Source: a virus. Taken from it: a DNA stretch of 64,000 nucleotides. Location of the stretch: positions 62,599-126,598 of the IMG/VR virus record IMGVR_UViG_3300006037_000005, one strand, 5' to 3'. The first letter of the stretch is position 1. Every line of letters begins with the position of its first letter. The notes under the pieces are model-generated. The model had not been told where the DNA came from. It saw only the letters and a list, made by a program, of their open reading frames with translations, and did not search any database. The position numbers and the translations under genes are program-made. Shown one piece after another: positions 59,047-64,000 of this stretch.

Positions 59047-59259
59047 TTATACTCTCGCTTTAAATATTGGGATCTGTAAAAACAATTTAACAAGAATCGA
59101 TATTAAAGGTATCTTATACAAAAATGTAATATCGAAGGTAGTACCAAAAACCAACAATATTAAAGAAAGTATTATTGAATCTATGATACATCTGACAAAA
59201 ATCTCCGTTAGAACCTTTTTATTAAATATTGCTGAATATACAAGGCTAAATTTGTTCAT
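59047..59259 (-). CDS. small membrane protein
   Basis: hydrophobic 70 aa ORF. Confidence 0.5.
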   Translation of the reverse strand: MNKFSLVYSAIFNKKVLTEIFVRCIIDSIILSLILLVFGTTFDITFLYKIPLISILVKLFLQIPIFKARV

Positions 59260-59264
59260 GGTTA

Positions 59265-60077
59265 TTATTTTTTAAGATTTGACAATGTTACTAGGATTTG
59301 ATCATTGATATCTTTTTTAGCCAAAAGCAAAAACATATCATCAGATTTTGGGTGTTTAGAAATGAAGAAATCGTAAATGTTCTTAGACATAAGATCGAAA
59401 ACCTGTTTTGGAACAAGATAAGATCCTTGTGTGAAAGAATCTGATTTTTCGAAATCTGATTCATAATCAAAACTCCACGCATCTGATTTAGATGAGAATG
59501 TTATGACATCTGAAATGTCAATTCTAAATGCTGTTGTAACATTGGCATCCTTACCTTCCGCATCAATACAATCACAGATCTTATCTGCAATATCCTGTGT
59601 AACGACAAAATGCACAAGTGAATCCTGTGTAGAAGATATCTGTTGCCATACATTATTCGGCATGTATGGTATATTTTTTGTGAATTCAGCTGGATTTATC
59701 TTGAAAGATAGTTTTTTGTGCTTAAGTTCCAATGATTTACCAACAAGACCACCAACTGTTGGATCGTGTTCAACCAAAAATTTACCTTCTATTAAATCGA
59801 TCTTTTGAGATTTATAAATCTCAAGTACACACATTATGTGTTTCAATTTAAAGAATGGAAATTTAATATCAATTTTCAAGGTCTTGTCATCCCATTCCAA
59901 TATATCAGACATATTTTGTCTTACATATTTTACATAAGTTTTCTGAGTTGGATGACCTTTTGATATGATATAATCGTTGTCTATATCATATGTGTGTGGA
60001 AAATCTCCACATTTTGATTCTTTTATGAAATCTAATAGTGCACAGACATTTAGATTTTTAAATTTAATTTCCTGCAT
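59265..60077 (-). CDS. possible sliding clamp (gp45/PCNA-like)
   Basis: 270 aa, two-domain alpha/beta alternation, directly upstream of the polymerase; no diagnostic motif. Confidence 0.4.
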   Translation of the reverse strand: MQEIKFKNLNVCALLDFIKESKCGDFPHTYDIDNDYIISKGHPTQKTYVKYVRQNMSDILEWDDKTLKIDIKFPFFKLKHIMCVLEIYKSQKIDLIEGKFLVEHDPTVGGLVGKSLELKHKKLSFKINPAEFTKNIPYMPNNVWQQISSTQDSLVHFVVTQDIADKICDCIDAEGKDANVTTAFRIDISDVITFSSKSDAWSFDYESDFEKSDSFTQGSYLVPKQVFDLMSKNIYDFFISKHPKSDDMFLLLAKKDINDQILVTLSNLKK

Positions 60078-60114
60078 ATGGGTTTTATTATTTAAAAAGA
60101 TTTTAGTTTCAATT

Positions 60115-60624
60115 TCAAGGTGTTTTTGAAGTAAATGATTGCACAGCCAAGCCTTTCTTTATAAGACCAAAAATATCATAGTTCCTCTTAAAAAGGTACG
60201 CTATGATAAAAGGTATGTTATTAGAAATATATTTCTTGTTTAGATTTTTGTCAGAAACTATTATTGATAATGTGTCTGGGTTTATTGTTACATCATAGTC
60301 ATCTCCTTGGCAAACAATGTTGTTTCCACTTCTTTTTGTTTTGAATTTGAAATTCTTATCATTAACGGCAAGTTTTGCAACATTTATAATATCTGCTCTT
60401 GCTATGGATGACATTTTCCTGAGCATAAACTTTATGCTGTTTATTGAAACCTCCAGATTGTCTACCTTCTGATTCGATATTATACATGTCTTCTTCTTTC
60501 TGTTTATCGATATGAGTTTTGCTCTACCATATGGTGAAGTTACTTCACCATTACCATACATATCGATAATATCAGAAAATCTTATATTGTCTGTTCCTAA
60601 ATTCTTAAGTATTGGATCTTTCAT
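60115..60624 (-). CDS. hypothetical phage protein
   Basis: K..LR.MS and Y.....DIFGLI..GLA pattern. Confidence 0.65.
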   Translation of the reverse strand: MKDPILKNLGTDNIRFSDIIDMYGNGEVTSPYGRAKLISINRKKKTCIISNQKVDNLEVSINSIKFMLRKMSSIARADIINVAKLAVNDKNFKFKTKRSGNNIVCQGDDYDVTINPDTLSIIVSDKNLNKKYISNNIPFIIAYLFKRNYDIFGLIKKGLAVQSFTSKTP

Positions 60625-61249
60625 TTTCTGATAAGTAGTCTTCTATCTGTTTATTTTCAGACTTTATGTCCTTATTATATATGAAATTGTTTCCATATCT
60701 ACCATTCGGATATCTTGATTTCAATTTTATGAAATTTGTAGCCATAACCTCTGAGAGAGAAAATTTCCATTTAGCCAAAATCAATGTGTAGTAGAAAAGT
60801 ATATCACCCATTTCAGCAATTTTCGAAGACCTTGAAATTTCTTTCTTAAAGAATATTTCATCCGCAACAATATCAGAAACTTCAGCCATTTCTGTTGACA
60901 TTTTTAATGTGGCTTGTAAGATATCGGAGACATCATCTTTTCTATTGAATACAGAAGTGACAAAACCCATATATGATGTAAAATCAATATTTGTATCACC
61001 AAGTATTGTCTCAAGTATGGCATTAGAGAATGGTGTCTGATCATATGGTTCTTTTAAAGTATAATAGAATCTGTTGACGAATTTTCTATTACTGAACAAA
61101 AAAAGAACTTTATTTTTCTTGTAGATATCACAAATAACAGTGCTGTTTTGCTGTTTTATAATAACTTCGTGATCTTGCTTTGAGGCATATAAATTTATGG
61201 TATGCCAAATGTTATTTGAATTACTTTTTGGATCAAAATTTTCAACCAT
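60605..61249 (-). CDS. mazG: MazG-like (all-alpha) nucleotide pyrophosphohydrolase with N-terminal extension
   Basis: E.AE..D, E.GD..FY and N..KL..RYP motifs. Confidence 0.8.
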   Translation of the reverse strand: MVENFDPKSNSNNIWHTINLYASKQDHEVIIKQQNSTVICDIYKKNKVLFLFSNRKFVNRFYYTLKEPYDQTPFSNAILETILGDTNIDFTSYMGFVTSVFNRKDDVSDILQATLKMSTEMAEVSDIVADEIFFKKEISRSSKIAEMGDILFYYTLILAKWKFSLSEVMATNFIKLKSRYPNGRYGNNFIYNKDIKSENKQIEDYLSENERSNT

Positions 61250-61838
61250 TTTTATTTGATTTATAAAAATTTAATATTAATTCAAGGGTTTTATCTATGG
61301 ATAGATTATCGTTGTGGATATTAAAATAGGGGTGTATAATATCTTTTGCAAATTCTTCTTTCTCAAATCTGCATCTGATCACAGCTTTGGAAAGCATTGC
61401 TATTCTTTTTTCATCACTATCATATCTTTCAAGTTGTCTTGCTTGAGATATAGATCCAGAAACCATGAGTTTTACGATTTTAATATCAAATTCCTCAAAA
61501 AAATGTTGTGGTATTATATTGACACCAGTAGGATTCATTATAAACAGATTCTTTTCTTTGAATTGTTCGGTGGAAGTGCCATATTTGAATCCGTTATGCT
61601 CAACTTTTTGTATAAAACCAAGATCTTCAAATTCTTTGTCTGATACAAAATTGTAGTCTTTACCGTCTATTTCAGAATCTCTTTTTGGTCTTGTGGTGTG
61701 TGAAACATCACCAATGAAATCGTAGCAATATTTAGCTTTTAGGAAATGATCTTGTAGTAGTAGATTTTTTATTGTGGTCTTACCAGAGCCACTATTCCCT
61801 ATTAATATGAGTTTTTTCGGTAATTTTATTGCATCCAT
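61242..61838 (-). CDS. gmk: guanylate kinase
   Basis: GNSGSGKTT, SHTTRPKR..E.DGKDY.FVS and YGT motifs. Confidence 0.9.
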   Translation of the reverse strand: MDAIKLPKKLILIGNSGSGKTTIKNLLLQDHFLKAKYCYDFIGDVSHTTRPKRDSEIDGKDYNFVSDKEFEDLGFIQKVEHNGFKYGTSTEQFKEKNLFIMNPTGVNIIPQHFFEEFDIKIVKLMVSGSISQARQLERYDSDEKRIAMLSKAVIRCRFEKEEFAKDIIHPYFNIHNDNLSIDKTLELILNFYKSNKNG

Positions 61839-61865
61839 ATTGTTTGTATGTATGGATGCAATAAA
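61825..61865. promoter_or_regulatory. 15-bp inverted repeat covering the gmk start codon
   Basis: tttattgcatccata ...11 nt... tatggatgcaataaa. Confidence 0.7.
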
Positions 61866-61878
61866 GGTTTCTTTTTTA

Positions 61879-62532
61879 TTATTTTTTCTTGGCTGTAACC
61901 TTTGGTTTTTTGGAAGCCTCTTCTAAAGATTCTGTAACAGTTTCAGAACTAACCTCTACAGTAGTTTCAGTTTCGGTAGTTACTTCTAAAGATTCTGTAA
62001 CAGTTTCAGAAGTAATCTCTTCAGCAGAAACTTCCACCTCTTCAGTTGTTCCAATGGTTTCAACTTCAGAAACAATCTCCTCCGATTTTGTTTCATCTAT
62101 GTCGATTATGGCTTCGACATCCCCTGTTGTGGCCTCATCCGTTTTCTCCTTTTCTATAACTGTTTCAAGTTTAGTATCAGTGTTGTCATAATTGAATATA
62201 AAATCTTTTATATCTCCTACAAGTCTGATACCAGCAATGCCATTTCTAGAATCAAATTTGTACAACTGTACACCAGAAGCATTTTTTAGTAATGTCATAG
62301 CATACATGAATTTTCTGATCATAACATAATCATGATCGAAATAATGGGAAATTTCGTTGAATGTGAATGACATATCCTTTCTATCCAAAAATGGCATCGT
62401 TTTAATTTTATCAACGAGTTCCATCTCTTCCGATTTTTCCAAATGGTCTGTCATTGAAAACCAATGAGAATCTATAAAAATGGAGTTGTCAACTTCTGTA
62501 GATGATAGTTTAATTTTGCTAAATACTTTCAT
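61879..62532 (-). CDS. hypothetical protein with acidic E/T/V low-complexity tail
   Basis: SETVTESLE duplicated. Confidence 0.75.
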   Translation of the reverse strand: MKVFSKIKLSSTEVDNSIFIDSHWFSMTDHLEKSEEMELVDKIKTMPFLDRKDMSFTFNEISHYFDHDYVMIRKFMYAMTLLKNASGVQLYKFDSRNGIAGIRLVGDIKDFIFNYDNTDTKLETVIEKEKTDEATTGDVEAIIDIDETKSEEIVSEVETIGTTEEVEVSAEEITSETVTESLEVTTETETTVEVSSETVTESLEEASKKPKVTAKKK

Positions 62533-62552
62533 ATTGAAACTGTTTTATTTTT

Positions 62553-62810
62553 GTGTATATATTCTATCACAAAGTGGTTTCTTCTATGGATTGTACAACA
62601 GTGAAGTTTAGGGGTCAAGAATTGAGCATAAAGAATGATACATTTTCTAACCCCCTTTTGAGATTAATGTTATCCTATATCGAAATTGTTGATATAAAAC
62701 ATGGTGAAGGTCTTATCTACTATGAAAGACTCAAAGATAATTGGAAACTTGAGATAGAAGATAAAGAATTGGATAACCAAATAAGAAAAATTTTAGCAAC
62801 AAGAAAATGA
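62553..62810 (+). CDS. hypothetical protein
   Basis: ORF; start uncertain. Confidence 0.5.
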   Translation: MYIFYHKVVSSMDCTTVKFRGQELSIKNDTFSNPLLRLMLSYIEIVDIKHGEGLIYYERLKDNWKLEIEDKELDNQIRKILATRK

Positions 62811-63415
62811 AAATAGATTTTTATTTTTCACAATTAGCAAACAGAAAATTTGTGTTTACGAACCAACACAATATAGAAGTTGAGGGTACTGCAGTATCTT
62901 ATAAAATGTCACCAATGAAAGCCATTGTGATGTCAGATGGTACTGCTATTCCTTACCAAAATTTCGAGGAGATTGCCCATGACATCGGATATGCTGATAA
63001 TTACCAACCAACAGAGGATGATGAGCAAGGTGGTGGATTTTTTGATATACAAGAAGATGAATTCGGAAACCCAATTGTGGAATCTATAGGGCATAACAAT
63101 GAACAAGGTTCTATGGTAACATTGGAAATATCAAATTCTTCATCACCAAATAGACCTCAATCATCTGTTCAAAAAAACCCGATTGAAACGTTGTTAAGTC
63201 AAGCTAAATTGCAAAAATCTTCTCTCACCATAAATATTGAAGCATTGTTACCAAAGAGCAGTCTTTATGAGACTATTATAGATTCTTTTGGTGATGAATC
63301 GGTTGACAGTATTATCAATTTTGTATTGAAATCTATAGATCAAAAGGCAATAAAAACAGCATTAACAGAGGCGATAAAGGATAAATACAATGGGGATAAG
63401 CCAAAAATTGCCTAA
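62807..63415 (+). CDS. hypothetical protein
   Basis: 202 aa ORF. Confidence 0.7.
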   Translation: MKIDFYFSQLANRKFVFTNQHNIEVEGTAVSYKMSPMKAIVMSDGTAIPYQNFEEIAHDIGYADNYQPTEDDEQGGGFFDIQEDEFGNPIVESIGHNNEQGSMVTLEISNSSSPNRPQSSVQKNPIETLLSQAKLQKSSLTINIEALLPKSSLYETIIDSFGDESVDSIINFVLKSIDQKAIKTALTEAIKDKYNGDKPKIA

Positions 63416-63424
63416 AAACAAAAC

Positions 63425-63880
63425 ATGAAGAAAAAACACATTTTTCTAAGCGATATCAACGATAAACAGTTTTTTGATAAACATTTTGGTCTATATAAAT
63501 ATCTAATTTACGACAAATATCAAACGCTTAAAGGTCTTGATTTCCAAAAATCCTTTCTCGAATTAGAGAGGAATCCAATAAGAAGATTCCTTTTTAACAA
63601 CAAAGCCGAGGAAGATTTTATAGAAAAATTAAAAAATAAAAAATATGAAAATATAATTTATCTTCTTTACAAATCTGAGCCAGAGGATGTAATAAACAAC
63701 ATAAAACAAAATATAATACCAAAATTCGATAAATTATACAGTATTGATATCTCAATCATAACAGATGAGGATTATTATGAAGAGGATTATTATCTTGAAA
63801 ATCTGATAAATATTGAAATAATAAAGCCATCTAATGCTATCCTTAGCAACAATAAACAACAAGAGAGAGATAACAGATAG
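63425..63880 (+). CDS. hypothetical protein
   Basis: 151 aa ORF. Confidence 0.65.
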   Translation: MKKKHIFLSDINDKQFFDKHFGLYKYLIYDKYQTLKGLDFQKSFLELERNPIRRFLFNNKAEEDFIEKLKNKKYENIIYLLYKSEPEDVINNIKQNIIPKFDKLYSIDISIITDEDYYEEDYYLENLINIEIIKPSNAILSNNKQQERDNR

Positions 63881-64000
63881 AAACAAGGAACAAATTCTTG
63901 ATTTATCAGAATCTGTTTTTAATTATACTGATACTGTTACAATCATAGATATTGTTGTTGTTTCTAACAAAACAGAAGGTAGACCTTGGATAATTTCCAA

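Noticed and set aside
699-62191. Many short antisense ORFs in the track (e.g. 699-941, 12697-13089, 16942-17346, 61889-62191)
   Set aside because: They are shadows of longer genes on the opposite strand with no recognisable motifs

Overview
This is an AT-rich, gene-dense 64 kb segment of a large T4-like (myovirus/jumbo-type) phage. The host is most likely Bacteroidota: there is a type IX secretion cargo gene, and starts are A-rich without Shine-Dalgarno motifs. Core genes include a gp47/Mre11-like nuclease, a gp41/DnaB helicase, UvsX/RecA, a family B DNA polymerase split into two genes in reversed order, a probable sliding clamp, baseplate, neck and gp5-like virion genes, GroES, two C5 cytosine methyltransferases and two ECF sigma factors. 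Three things stand out. (1) A PurZ-type (not PurA) synthetase occurs with phage-encoded PurB, guanylate kinase and a MazG-like enzyme, which is a nearly self-contained diaminopurine (Z-base) pathway in a PolB phage. (2) A dispersed family of LRR and modular proteins shares an upstream motif, I-x-E/S junctions and a C-terminal RLSKFR tag; it includes start-less modules stacked in frame behind stop codons. (3) Near-perfect sigma-54 promoters with TGACA/TGTCA arrays precede a T9SS cargo gene and other genes. No tRNA, rRNA or CRISPR array was seen. All calls come from reading motifs by eye; no searches were run.
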